A stretch of DNA of 64,000 nt. Origin: TPA_inf: Saccharomyces. Its lineage: Eukaryota. The stretch is from NCBI GenBank assembly GCA_000146045.2, contig BK006936.2, positions 480,001 to 544,000 on the forward strand. Reading direction: 5' to 3'. Under the pieces are notes generated by a model. The model did not search any database. It saw nothing but the letters and a program-made list of their open reading frames with translations, and was not told the DNA's origin. Numbering within the stretch: the stretch's first letter is position 1; the number at the start of each line of letters is the position of its first letter. Below, piece by piece: positions 10,620 to 21,442 of this stretch. Made by a program: the position numbers and the translations under genes.

Positions 10620-10700
10620 TGGCGCCCCCCTGAGAGCCCCTGCCCTGACCTGCCCAGCGGGGTGACCCCTATCAGCCTGCGGATGAGGGCCCAGGGGGCT
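10620..10700. promoter_or_regulatory. Cluster of at least 4 STRE cores (CCCCT/AGGGG) in a GC-rich island about 230-305 bp upstream of TPS1
   Basis: CCCCT occurs at about 10627, 10637 and 10666, and AGGGG at about 10693. The surrounding approximately 130 bp is over 65% GC, which is unusual for yeast intergenic DNA. STRE control of TPS1 is established. Confidence 0.8.
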
Positions 10701-10849
10701 CCCTCTCCCTGGCGCGCTGGCACTCTAGGCCCGATCCCTCGTCAATCCCCTTATAAACAGCGCTGACGTGCTTGGACTTTGTTCCTTGTTCTTTTGTTCT
10801 TTGTTCTGGTGCAGATGGAACAGAACAATCGCAACAAGAGCACGAAGAT

Positions 10850-11056
10850 ATGGCTATCACCCCTGACAAACAGAAGAAAGAACAACAGCATCAACCACAG
10901 AACGGACCGCTCGACTATGCTCACATATGCAAGTGTATTGCAATGTTCTTTGTCGTTGCGGGCGTGGTGCTGATGTTCTTCGAGACCGGGTTGGACCCAG
11001 AACAAAAAGAGCAAATCAAGCGTCTCCACCAGTTGGACGGCATTCCTCACGCTTGA
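10850..11056 (+). CDS. MEO1: Small single-TM protein of unknown function, 68 aa (YBR126W-A), divergent from TPS1
   Basis: The ATG at about 10850 gives a 68-aa product (MAITPDKQKKEQQHQ...FFVVAGVVLMFF...) with one hydrophobic helix. The frame stays open upstream to an ATG at 10772, which would give 94 aa. Confidence 0.7.
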   Translation: MAITPDKQKKEQQHQPQNGPLDYAHICKCIAMFFVVAGVVLMFFETGLDPEQKEQIKRLHQLDGIPHA

Positions 11057-11268
11057 TGTGCCCAGGGTGATGTGTTCCTTGATCTTTTTCTTTTTTTTTT
11101 TTCAATTACGGATTATGCATATATAGGTGGGTATACGTACGTAAAAAAACAAAAACACACATGTAGACATCTATATACGTTTAAAAAAGCTTTAGATTCA
11201 GATCTTTGGGTTTTACAAAAAAAAAACGGACAAAATAAAAAAAGCCTTTTTCTTCAGCAACCGTCCTC

Positions 11269-12822
11269 TTAGATTAGAGATTCTTCTTGGCTGGCGTCCT
11301 TCTTCTTACCGGAGCTTCTTGTGTCGGGATCTTCTTCATCTTCGTCGGCATCGTCTCTGGCTCTATCGTAAAATTCATCAAGAATCTTTGGGGAGATTCT
11401 ATTCAACATCTCCTTAGGGTAGATTCTTAGCAAACTCCATGCCTGGTCCAAACTTTCGAAAACGGTTCTGTCCTCGTAGGCGCCTTGTGTGATAAAGGTC
11501 TTTTCGAATTTTTCCAAAAATTCCAAAGATAACTTATCTTCGATGGATAACGCCTCTTCACCGACAACGGCCTTCATAGCAGCAGCGTCCTTACCGATGG
11601 CGTACTTGGCATACAATTGGTTAGAAACGTCACCGTGGTCCTTTCTGGTCATACCTTCACCGATGGCAGATTTCATCAATCTACTCAACGAAGGCAAGAC
11701 GTTGATTGGTGGGTAGATACCCTTGTTATGTAATTGACGGTCAACGAAGATTTGACCCTCGGTAATATAACCGGTCAAATCCGGAATTGGATGCGTAATA
11801 TCATCGTTAGGCATTGTCAAGATAGGTATTTGAGTGATGGACCCGTTACGACCCTCTACTCTACCTGCTCTTTCATAAATTGTGGACAAATCTGTATACA
11901 TGTAACCAGGATAACCTCTTCTACCTGGAACTTCTTCTCTAGCAGCGGAAACTTCTCTAAGAGCATCAGCATACGATGACATATCGGTCAAGATGGTCAA
12001 CACATGACGTTCCGTTTGGTAAGCAAGGTATTCAGCGGTGGTCAAGGCCAATCTTGGAGTGATAATTCTTTCAATGGTAGGGTCATTAGCCAAGTTCAAA
12101 AATAATGAAGTTCTTTCCAAAGACCCATTTTCTTCGAAATCCTGTTTGAAAAATCTAGCGGTTTCCAAGTTGACACCCATGGCAGCAAAAACGATGGAGA
12201 AATTTTCTTCATGACCATCATGAACATCCTTGGTAGGTCTCACCAAACCAGCCTGTCTACAAATTTGTGCTGCAATTTCGTTGTGTGGTAAACCTGATGC
12301 GGAGAAAATTGGGATCTTTTGACCTCTGGCAATGGAGTTCATTGTGTCAATAGCAGAAACACCAGTAGAAATCATTTCTTCTGGATAAATACGAGCATAT
12401 GGGTTGATAGGAGAACCGTTAATGTCCAAGTAATCCTCTGCGAAAACTTTAGGACCGTTGTCAATGGGTCTACCAGAACCGTCAAAAATTCTACCCAACA
12501 TGTCTTCAGACACAGGAATTCTCAAACTCTCACCAGTGAATTCCACGGTAGTCTTCTTGACATCAATACCAGATGTACCTTCAAACACTTGCACAATGGC
12601 TCTATCTCCTCTAATTTCCAAAACTTGACCTTGTCTCACGGTTCCATCTGGCAATGTCAAATTAACAATTTCGTTGTAACGTGGGAACTTGACCTTTTCC
12701 AAAATGACTAATGGACCGTTCACACCACTGACCGTATTATAGTTCAATCTAGGCTTCACATTGAAACCTTGTTCGACGGCTTTCTTATTTATGGCAAACA
12801 ACTCCTTATCAGACAAAACCAT
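11269..12822 (-). CDS. VMA2: Vacuolar H+-ATPase V1 subunit B, 517 aa
   Basis: A full-length 517-aa match to the V-ATPase regulatory B subunit ([42 protein letters not shown]...). Confidence 0.97.
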
Positions 12823-12949
12823 TCCTGCAATATTTATTTTCGCTTGATGTACTGTCTACTCTTACAATCGCAATCCTGTCAACAATGGTTGTCTATCTGT
12901 ATTAAAATCATTTAGTCCTTTATCTCTTATCCTTTTCTTTCAACGGGGT

Positions 12950-12971
12950 GAAAAAAAAAAAAAAAAAAACA
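12950..12971. repeat. Poly(dA:dT) tract of about 19-20 bp in the VMA2 promoter, about 130 bp upstream of the ATG
   Basis: The sequence reads gtgaaaaaaaaaaaaaaaaaaacaactaaaaaa. Confidence 0.85.
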
Positions 12972-13080
12972 ACTAAAAAACTGAGTTGGTTCTTACCCGA
13001 ATGCTTATTACACTGGCTGCTATTGTTTATGACTGACTACATGCAACTTTATACACACGGCAGGAAAAAAAGTGCGCACT

Positions 13081-14115
13081 CTAGCCTACCACGTACCATC
13101 GGTCATGAGGTCCTGTGACTGTTGGAGGTGGTGCGGTCCGCCTTGCAGGATGTCCTCTTTGTGGATTATTCATGTTATCCAAAACCATCGAGTACAACAT
13201 CCCAAAAGTCCAATATAGCGAGACGGACCTACACTTCATCTTGTTCCGTTTCACCATATTATAGAACAGCCCATCCACATCGTACTGGTCCAGTAGCCAT
13301 GGGATATCCATGGGTGTTGAAGGTACGAGTTTCAAATGTCTACATATCTGTAAAATATTTATGATAAGCTTGATCAACCTTTGTACTACTGTCTGTATGC
13401 TATCGGAAAACTCAAACATGGGTTGTTCACAGATTTTATTTGTGTAGGGAAGTTTAATCATAAGAATGTCTGAGAAGAAGCTAATATACTTCCACATGAT
13501 GTTGATGGAATCGTTTGTTATAGCAAGAGGTAAAATACGGAAGTTTTTCAAAGATATTAGTGGCTGAAAAGCTATAGCGAAAGGTATTTGGAAATTATCT
13601 TGCAGCTTCTGGATCACAAACCAATTATTTAGTAGATTGAGCTTGTAATCTCTAGCCGATTCACAAATCTTCGATACTTGTGCCAGCTTATTTTTTGCAT
13701 CACTAATTTCCACTTGCTCTCTTAATTTGTCCGTACCAGTACCCACCTTATAACATTTATAATTGTCAATTTCTACTTTCAATTCGCTGATGTGATTCCT
13801 TTTACTATAAATCCGCTCATTTAGCTGTTCTATCCTGTGCCTAATCAGGTTATTATTCTTTTTCATTCGTAAAACATCTAACTTCATGAGACTATTCATC
13901 AGGGGATCTTTCTTTTTCTCCATCCTCTTGATATCTAACTGGTCATAGTTCATGGCCTCGTTTAATATTTGTTCGACTTTCCCGTTAAGTTCTTTATTCT
14001 CATCCTTTAATAAAATTAAATCTAGTTTTAGCTTCAGTAGCAGACTTGGGCTCGTATTGATACAATGTGCACAGTACACTACATGCGCTCTATGGTGGCA
14101 AATTGGGCAATGCAT
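13081..14115 (-). CDS. ATG14: Autophagy-specific PI3K complex I subunit, 344 aa
   Basis: The N-terminal cysteine repeats read MHCPICHHRAHVVYCAHC, followed by coiled-coil-rich sequence. The length matches at 344 aa. Confidence 0.9.
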   Translation of the reverse strand: MHCPICHHRAHVVYCAHCINTSPSLLLKLKLDLILLKDENKELNGKVEQILNEAMNYDQLDIKRMEKKKDPLMNSLMKLDVLRMKKNNNLIRHRIEQLNERIYSKRNHISELKVEIDNYKCYKVGTGTDKLREQVEISDAKNKLAQVSKICESARDYKLNLLNNWFVIQKLQDNFQIPFAIAFQPLISLKNFRILPLAITNDSINIMWKYISFFSDILMIKLPYTNKICEQPMFEFSDSIQTVVQRLIKLIINILQICRHLKLVPSTPMDIPWLLDQYDVDGLFYNMVKRNKMKCRSVSLYWTFGMLYSMVLDNMNNPQRGHPARRTAPPPTVTGPHDRWYVVG

Positions 14116-14352
14116 GTCATACTAGGATTCTAGTTTTTAACTTTTACTTCCCTTTTTCTCTACTCGTTATCCTTCTAATCACTTTTGTATTTGGTCCTTT
14201 CCCTTAATTTTCAGCGAGGAAAAAAGTGCTTATTATCATTAAAATACAAATAAATAAATAGTTTTTTAACTAGACGTAAGGAAAACAATTACACGTATTA
14301 TTTAATAGTACAAAGAAAAAAAAAGTCAATACATATTCATCATTGGCATTGC

Positions 14353-15339
14353 TTATATATTTTCGGCCTTTAATTTTTTTCTTATCAAAATTCCACTCTT
14401 GAAATTTATTATCCAATCCACCATATCTTGATCGTTAGCGGCTTTAAAAGATAACCTTTCATCAAATGTAATTAGCGCAAAATTAGTGTCGTCATTTTTC
14501 ATCTTCGAATTATTATCAAGTTCAATACAATCGATAATTTTATCCAATTTAATGCTTTTCTTTAACTTCCCAGTCTTGAAAGAGTATAAATTGAACGAAG
14601 TATTAGTCAATTCCACATTGAACTTTTGCCATTTAGCCCTATTGAACAGTTTCTTCTTTTTCACTTTTGTGTAAAGAATCCCAGAACAAACCTGGTGCTC
14701 TGCATTTCTTGGATCGAACATCCTATAAAATTCTTTATCTTCACGAGACAGTTGCTCATCCATCGTCAAACTGCAAGAATGCTTGCTGCTAGAAGGACCC
14801 GCCTTTTCGTCAACTACAATTAAATCATCATCATCCTCTTCTTCATCATAATCACTACCTGTAGTGACACTTTCGTTGCCACTAGGACTAGAGAGGAATT
14901 TTTCAAGGGCAATTTTCCAATTATGCATCAGTTCCATACCAACCTTCTCATTTTGCCCTCGTGGAAATTTGAATATTAAATCCTTGGATGGAGTATAAAC
15001 AGTTAATATACCATCGAGCTCGCTTATCTTAAAATTAAGTATGTCAAATCTCGGTATGACACTTATAGCCTCTCTTTCATCCCGAGTTTTGTAATAGGCA
15101 AATTGGTTTTTCCTCAAGACACACCAATATTGATGGTCTGTTGTCCGAGGCCACCATAAATGACGATGGTGATGATGGTGATGATGGTAACCCTGCGGTG
15201 CACCATCAGCAGCTCCATTGTTACCTGAACTGGATTGAGCTGTCGGCGTTTTATTTTGAGACGTTGATGGCTTCTTGATGAGATTCGATGCGATCAAAAT
15301 TTCATGCTGACTTGACGGAGCAGTCGCACCTGCTATCAT
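14353..15339 (-). CDS. OPY1: PH-domain protein that binds PI(4,5)P2, 328 aa
   Basis: The 335-aa track ORF trimmed to the ATG (MIAGATAPSSQ...) gives 328 aa. It contains a His8 tract ([10 protein letters not shown]) and two PH-like halves. Confidence 0.85.
   Translation of the reverse strand: MIAGATAPSSQHEILIASNLIKKPSTSQNKTPTAQSSSGNNGAADGAPQGYHHHHHHHRHLWWPRTTDHQYWCVLRKNQFAYYKTRDEREAISVIPRFDILNFKISELDGILTVYTPSKDLIFKFPRGQNEKVGMELMHNWKIALEKFLSSPSGNESVTTGSDYDEEEDDDDLIVVDEKAGPSSSKHSCSLTMDEQLSREDKEFYRMFDPRNAEHQVCSGILYTKVKKKKLFNRAKWQKFNVELTNTSFNLYSFKTGKLKKSIKLDKIIDCIELDNNSKMKNDDTNFALITFDERLSFKAANDQDMVDWIINFKSGILIRKKLKAENI
15160..15195 (-). repeat. (ATG/GTG)n on the + strand encoding the OPY1 His8-Arg-His tract
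   Basis: The sequence reads atgacgatggtgatgatggtgatgatggta. The protein reads [10 protein letters not shown]. Confidence 0.85.
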
Positions 15340-15591
15340 TGGTCTTATGAAATTTACCAAGGCAAAATTAGCGTAATTATTTATGGTTAATTCACCTACT
15401 GGCTACTATTGCGTACCACATTTTGGCCTGTTCGTTTAATTTCAGCCACATTATAGTAGAGAAAAAACCGTTGTGAGTGACCGAAAGTGAAAAATATGGA
15501 TTCGTGTCTATAAAACCTTAGAGGCATCTATTTACTTTTGTTCTATTATCTAAATGAATCCTATATATATACTCCCTTGTGTCGGCATATT

Positions 15592-16869
15592 CTAGGATTG
15601 GGCCCCGTGAACAACCATACTATTTCCCTTTTTCTTATGAGTGGAGGAAACAGTTCTTGTAACACCGGGAGGCACTGAGATTGTGGGAGATGTACTTGGA
15701 TCGTTATTATGCGTTACATTTGTTTTACTACTGCTCGAGCTTGGTTTTCTTACTGAGGCAGTTCTTTTAACACCAGGCAAAACCGGGGATGCAGATTTTG
15801 GAATAGAACCCGATGACAGCAAAGGCGACGCAGTATAGAAACTTCTTCTTTTATTGTTACTGCTATTACCATTGGAGGATGAATCGTTTGTGTTCGGCGT
15901 CTTTCTTAATTTGACCATCTTAATAGGAAGCATATCCTGTGCATTATTGCTACTCAAAGCGTCAGCGTTGTTGCTTTCCACCTGGGTTTGTACATTCTTC
16001 TTCAAGGTTTGTACTACCGCGCCTTTATTACTAATCTTCTCATCGTTTCTTTTCAAGACGTCTTTCAAATCCATCTTTTCAGCAAAAGTTGATATCAGAT
16101 TTTCGTTCGTCTGGTACAGATTTAGCCAGCTTTGTAGATTTAACTCATCTAAAGAGTGAGTGATTATCTTGCTTAATTTTGAATCCTTTTCTGTTTCCAG
16201 AGATTTCAAATCTTTCACAGAGTCATTGAATTTATTTAAATTCAATTCTATATCTGAATTTGAACTAGTATCTGAACCATAATTTAAATTTTGATTACTT
16301 AACTCTAACTCCAACAAACCGATTTTTTCATTTAATTTGGAAATTTCATCAGAATAGTGGTCTCTGTAAAGATTTTGTGACTCCAATAATGAATTATAGT
16401 TAACTTCCATATTTTGCAATTTTTCAGAGCAAGATTGTTCAATGGCACTAGAATTTTTCGCCAATTTACTCAATTGATCCATTTTCTCCTTTTGTTCATT
16501 GTAACGGTTACTCAATTCGCTATAATCTTTCTCTAGCTCTTTTAGCTTCTTGTTCTTTCTTTCAAATATCGAGTTGAGATTTTCGTTCTCGTTCTTCAGC
16601 AGATTTAAATTTTCCAGTAGTTTTGATTCTTTGGATTGTGCTAATTCCAATTTACTCAATAAATTTTGAGATTGCGTAGTCAATTGTAGATTTGTTTTTG
16701 TCAGCATATCAATCTGGTCATGCAGTGATTCAATGACTCTCGAAGATGAGGCATTTTGGCTGGAGGTATTTCTATCTTTTGTGGGGGAACTTTCCAAGTT
16801 TGCCATAAAAATATTATGGTGAGGTGCCAACTTGCTTGAAGAAGTCTGGGTATTATCCTGGTCCGACAT
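15592..16869 (-). CDS. SHE3: Adaptor protein for She2-Myo4 mRNA transport, 425 aa
   Basis: The track start is a TTG three codons upstream of the ATG. MSDQDNTQTSSSKLAPHHNIF... gives 425 aa, with a coiled-coil N-terminal half and an S/N-rich C terminus. Confidence 0.9.
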   Translation of the reverse strand: MSDQDNTQTSSSKLAPHHNIFMANLESSPTKDRNTSSQNASSSRVIESLHDQIDMLTKTNLQLTTQSQNLLSKLELAQSKESKLLENLNLLKNENENLNSIFERKNKKLKELEKDYSELSNRYNEQKEKMDQLSKLAKNSSAIEQSCSEKLQNMEVNYNSLLESQNLYRDHYSDEISKLNEKIGLLELELSNQNLNYGSDTSSNSDIELNLNKFNDSVKDLKSLETEKDSKLSKIITHSLDELNLQSWLNLYQTNENLISTFAEKMDLKDVLKRNDEKISNKGAVVQTLKKNVQTQVESNNADALSSNNAQDMLPIKMVKLRKTPNTNDSSSNGNSSNNKRRSFYTASPLLSSGSIPKSASPVLPGVKRTASVRKPSSSSSKTNVTHNNDPSTSPTISVPPGVTRTVSSTHKKKGNSMVVHGAQS

Positions 16870-17162
16870 CTTACACAAAAGTAGTGTCGTTGAACCTTGG
16901 CGTGCTTGATAGACGAGCTAACGTTTGGTAACCCCTTCAGACTGCTGCTACTCATGGCAACAAATCAATAAACAAAATGCAATAGTAGTTAGTAATGAAG
17001 CTCTCGCCCGAACAAAAGACGAAACGAGCGGGTAACTATTTAGCCTATTTTATTGCGATGACAATAATATGTAGTAGCAATAGGGAAATAGTTTCATTTG
17101 ACGTGGAACCAAAAATACATTCTAAATCGTACAACTATTAAATTGATATATGAAAGACGGAT

Positions 17163-19277
17163 ATGAGACTACACTATATTACGGTTTTTGATCCATCAAG
17201 ATCTACCAACGAAAATGACACTTTCAAGCAGTTGCTGCTGTTCCATTATTTTGGCACTACTGATTCAATACCCTCTTTAAACGAAAAACTGTCCATCATA
17301 GGAGTAATACAGGGCATTTGGTCACTTACGAGTTCATGCGTAAACAAGGACGGCGAAGATTTAGAGAAAATTATTGAGCTGAACAATGATATTATTTTTT
17401 GTATTAAGGTGGAATCAAGATTTTTCATCAGTCTAGCAATTTCGAATATCAGCGACGATCAGAGTGCCATACCTTTACAGTATCTCAGTGCTTACTTATG
17501 GCTTAGTTACAGGTTCTTCAAGCTACTCAATGGGTCATTCAGCGGATTTAACAAGGACTTCCGCAAACTCACGGATTTGTTGAACGAATTCGTTATTCCG
17601 TTCTGGAATGATATTTATTTGAATCTAGAAACTGTAACGAATAGATCATTTACTGTAATGTGGCCTGGTTTTTATAAAAGGGCAAATTTTCAACATTCCT
17701 CTTATAATCCTGGAGAAAAAAATAATGTCGAAGAGTCATGGGACGCTATAATCTTGCAGAATATTCTTTTAGATAAAAAGAGTTATCTAGGACTAAAGGA
17801 CATTTTGGTTTACCACCTACCAAAGCGCACCAAAGCGGCTAATAGGGAGTCTATGGGAACAAAAACTTATGGACTAGTAAGGAACTTTACCAGTGACCTG
17901 AACACATTACCAGATATCTCAAATTGGCTATATCATTTGCACTGCACCTATGGTGAAATATCAAGTCATATATTAACAGGAAATGTCCATTTTAAAGAGG
18001 AGCTACAAGTAGAAGAAGAACAAGAGCGAAGTCGTGATACAAACGGAAGAGACGAAGAGGAATCACAGGAGCAACAGCGACGGGAGCACCAAGAGACTAC
18101 GCAAAACAATACAAGCGAACTCTCTCTATCGGAAAGAGTGATACACAACGTAACACTCCCCATTTCTTTTGCATACGACGCTATACATGAAGTGAGTACC
18201 ACGACTGGTGTTTCGGGTAGCTTATCCATGATAATGGACTATGTACCGAAGCCCCATTGGCCGTTCATTTCATCCTCTAACAAAAGTGCCGACAAAAATA
18301 ATTACTCAAATAGCAATGATAACGCAAATTCGAATGCCCCACTGATGGCGCAATCAGAGGCTGTTGGAGGGACGATAGGCAACTCGAGATTTGGTTTCCT
18401 AATTTCCCCATTGAATTCAGACCTGTTGCCATCATCATACCAAGCCCTGAAACTGAATTTGAACTTTGAAAACTCCAAAGACAAGGAGGATTTTTATAAT
18501 TGCCTATTTTGGTACTTTGATGATTTTTTAATTGTAATTGTCTGTGATCCGGACTTCAACAAGATTTGTGAAAGAGACTATCTAAAGGACTTGAGCTTCC
18601 AATTGTGTCAGAGTATGGAATGCCTAAACAATGAGATTTTAAACTCTCAAAATTGCGATAACGTGGAATCCTTTGCTTATGTGATCAGAGATAACGTCAC
18701 CAAAGAAATCGACTCGTCCGTTCCATTTGGGTCTCCAAAATTTACTTCGGATGAAAGCATTTCAACTTTACAACTAGCAATTAACGGTATAGATCAGTTC
18801 ATTAACGATAATTCAAATTCCCTATCGCTTGCTAATTGGAATCCAATAACTATTATGGGTGGCTCAAATGCTATCAGCAAAAAAAATACTACAGAAGGAT
18901 TTGGAAACGGGGTAAACGATAAGACTCAAAAATTCAAAAGAAAATATCTGAATTTCTTGAATTTAATGAGCGCAGAAAAGTTATGGGACTTACAGGTTGA
19001 CGTCTTACAGTTCTTGACTAGTTTACAGAACTCAAAGAGAGACCCAGATTATTTTCAGGAGGAGAGGTTATTAAAATTGAACAATGGTGTTTTATGCTAT
19101 ATCAAAGAAAACAATTCAAACTTAATTATTATTATTAAAAACTGGTTTCAAAATAACGGCACGTCAAAGGCTGCAAAACAAAGGAACCGTTTTAGTTCAG
19201 ATTCCTCTAAGGGAAGTTCATTGTTTCAAAGTTTAGGTCGTGACGTGACTGACTGGTGGGAATCCAGGGAAATTTAA
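17163..19277 (+). CDS. CCZ1: Subunit of the Mon1-Ccz1 guanine-nucleotide exchange factor for Ypt7, 704 aa
   Basis: The full 704-aa ORF reads MRLHYITVFDPSRSTNENDTFKQLLLFHYFG... Its length and sequence match Ccz1. Confidence 0.9.
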   Translation: MRLHYITVFDPSRSTNENDTFKQLLLFHYFGTTDSIPSLNEKLSIIGVIQGIWSLTSSCVNKDGEDLEKIIELNNDIIFCIKVESRFFISLAISNISDDQSAIPLQYLSAYLWLSYRFFKLLNGSFSGFNKDFRKLTDLLNEFVIPFWNDIYLNLETVTNRSFTVMWPGFYKRANFQHSSYNPGEKNNVEESWDAIILQNILLDKKSYLGLKDILVYHLPKRTKAANRESMGTKTYGLVRNFTSDLNTLPDISNWLYHLHCTYGEISSHILTGNVHFKEELQVEEEQERSRDTNGRDEEESQEQQRREHQETTQNNTSELSLSERVIHNVTLPISFAYDAIHEVSTTTGVSGSLSMIMDYVPKPHWPFISSSNKSADKNNYSNSNDNANSNAPLMAQSEAVGGTIGNSRFGFLISPLNSDLLPSSYQALKLNLNFENSKDKEDFYNCLFWYFDDFLIVIVCDPDFNKICERDYLKDLSFQLCQSMECLNNEILNSQNCDNVESFAYVIRDNVTKEIDSSVPFGSPKFTSDESISTLQLAINGIDQFINDNSNSLSLANWNPITIMGGSNAISKKNTTEGFGNGVNDKTQKFKRKYLNFLNLMSAEKLWDLQVDVLQFLTSLQNSKRDPDYFQEERLLKLNNGVLCYIKENNSNLIIIIKNWFQNNGTSKAAKQRNRFSSDSSKGSSLFQSLGRDVTDWWESREI

Positions 19278-19533
19278 AAATGTAACGTTTAGCATTTGAT
19301 AGACATAGAATAAAAATAAGTAACTATAAAAAAAGGAAAAAAAAAATTGGGCAAAATAGGGATCATATTATAACTATTTATATACAGATTCGAAATATGA
19401 AGAAGAGACTATGAAAGGTGGGTGAATATCAATATTAAATAAAAATCAAACAATGATTGAAAAAACGGTAAAAGATCATAAAAAGCCCTCCAGGTAATAT
19501 GTCAATAAGTAAATATACTTTATCGAAGGAAAG

Positions 19534-19558
19534 ATCAAAAAAAAAAAAAAAAAAAAAT
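19534..19558. repeat. Poly(dA) tract of about 23 bp between the convergent 3' ends of CCZ1 and AGP2
   Basis: The sequence reads gatcaaaaaaaaaaaaaaaaaaaaaaatgc. Confidence 0.85.
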
Positions 19559-19651
19559 GCAAACGAACATAGCCAAAGGACCACAATATTAATCTGACAA
19601 TAAATTTGGAGGCAGTCAATGTAAATTTGTGAATATAACGACATAATTGCA

Positions 19652-21442
19652 TTATGCTTTGCTATAATATTGAAATTTTTCGAAGGAGCTTTCAATCTCA
19701 TGGTTTTCAATTTCTGTTAGCTCTTTAGAAAAGTCAATTTCATGTGGGTTTTTGAAGTGATCTTTACCACGTTTCCAAATAAATTTGTAGCCCACATATA
19801 TACCGATGTTGATAAACACCATTAAATACGAAAACAAAAAATCTTGTGTGTTCCATAATTTGGGAAAGAAAACGGTGTAGCCCTGTATTAAAATCATTGC
19901 GGAACATGAAACAAGGCCGATAATAGCAGTGTATGGTTGACCCCACGAACGGAATGGCAACTTGGGTAACGAATCTTGTTGGACGTGGTAAGCCCTTCTG
20001 AAAAATAAATAGACGATACAAAGGACGACAAAATTAATCAATTGAGAGGCAGTAATCAAGTTAATTAACCAATTCAATACGACCGCACTATTAGAATTCA
20101 GTTGCAAAAGGCTCACTAAAGCCCATACCAAAGATATGGCCACAGAGTAAATGGGCACACCATGCCTATTGCATCTAGTGAAGATTTTTGGCGCGTAGCC
20201 ATCTAATGCCATACCATAAAATGTTCTGGATGAGCAATAAGTGTAAGCGTTACCAGCAGAAAAGGCGGCTGTAATCAAAGCTATATTAACAATGTCAGGT
20301 AATATTCTAATTTTCAGATTATTCATTGCAATGACATAAGGTGAAGACCCGGCGCCAGGCCTTGCTTCATTAATTGCTGCTGTCAAGTCAGGATCATTTG
20401 GCGAACAAACAATCCCAACACACAGACAACTCCCTAAAAACAAAAATGTTAATCTCACAAACACCTGCTTAAACGCCTTGGGTAATACTTTTCTTGGTCG
20501 TTTGACCTCTCCCGCTAACATAGAAATATACTCGCCACCAGCTATGGTAAACGATGCCTGAATCAAGCAAGCGAGAAACCCCTGGAAGTAGCCCGAAGAC
20601 TTCCCCACATCATTGCCATCGGGAAAGTATTTCTTGAATGGACTTTCACCATAATTACGAAACCCGTAACGATCATGTTCAGGATTTCCACCCAACATGG
20701 TAATGAACGTGAATGTAAATAGGCCGAGTGCAAGGATAATTTTGAAAGAAGCCAACCAAAATTCCATTTCACCGTAATATTTGACTGCACAAATGGAAAT
20801 AAGCAGATACAAAACTACTTGAACGGCGAGCGGAATACCAGCTGAATAATCATCTCTCCAATAATGTATAATTGTATTAACAGAAACAATCTCGAAAGGG
20901 ATCTGTACGCATTCAAGAAACCAGAAATTCCAGCTAGCCATGACAGCCAATGAATCGTCAACGCACTTCGTTGCTAATCTCAAAAAGGGGGAACTTACAG
21001 GGAAAAAGCAGACCATTTCCGCTGTAGACACAGTAATGCAAAGTATTGGAACACACCAAAGAGCAAATGCCAATAATAAAGAGGCGGGCCCTCCACGGTA
21101 TAAAGCTTTTCCGATCGCCACGAATAGCGCCGTACCAATGACACCGGAAATAGCAATCAACTGGACGTGCCTGTTTTCTAGTTTACGTCGAGTTTCTGTG
21201 AAATATAGCAGGTAAGTCCTTGAGTCATCATCAATAGAAGACCCTCTATCCTCATGTTCATCCACGTGAACATCGCCCGCTTCGGGTATCGTGTTTATGT
21301 GACCCACTGACCCAGAAGGTTCCAACCATCCCTCACTAGGTTCGATACTCTTTATTCGAGTGGTTATTGTCTTGTATTTATTCTTATCGTACTCAAAATC
21401 ACCGTCATTTTCGTAGTCGATGGTCATACGTTCCTTTGTCAT
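19652..21442 (-). CDS. AGP2: Plasma-membrane APC-family permease and sensor for carnitine and polyamines, 596 aa
   Basis: The protein has 12 predicted TM segments and signatures of the amino-acid permease family. Trimming the track ORF to MTKERMTIDYENDGD... gives 596 aa. Confidence 0.9.
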   Translation of the reverse strand: MTKERMTIDYENDGDFEYDKNKYKTITTRIKSIEPSEGWLEPSGSVGHINTIPEAGDVHVDEHEDRGSSIDDDSRTYLLYFTETRRKLENRHVQLIAISGVIGTALFVAIGKALYRGGPASLLLAFALWCVPILCITVSTAEMVCFFPVSSPFLRLATKCVDDSLAVMASWNFWFLECVQIPFEIVSVNTIIHYWRDDYSAGIPLAVQVVLYLLISICAVKYYGEMEFWLASFKIILALGLFTFTFITMLGGNPEHDRYGFRNYGESPFKKYFPDGNDVGKSSGYFQGFLACLIQASFTIAGGEYISMLAGEVKRPRKVLPKAFKQVFVRLTFLFLGSCLCVGIVCSPNDPDLTAAINEARPGAGSSPYVIAMNNLKIRILPDIVNIALITAAFSAGNAYTYCSSRTFYGMALDGYAPKIFTRCNRHGVPIYSVAISLVWALVSLLQLNSNSAVVLNWLINLITASQLINFVVLCIVYLFFRRAYHVQQDSLPKLPFRSWGQPYTAIIGLVSCSAMILIQGYTVFFPKLWNTQDFLFSYLMVFINIGIYVGYKFIWKRGKDHFKNPHEIDFSKELTEIENHEIESSFEKFQYYSKA

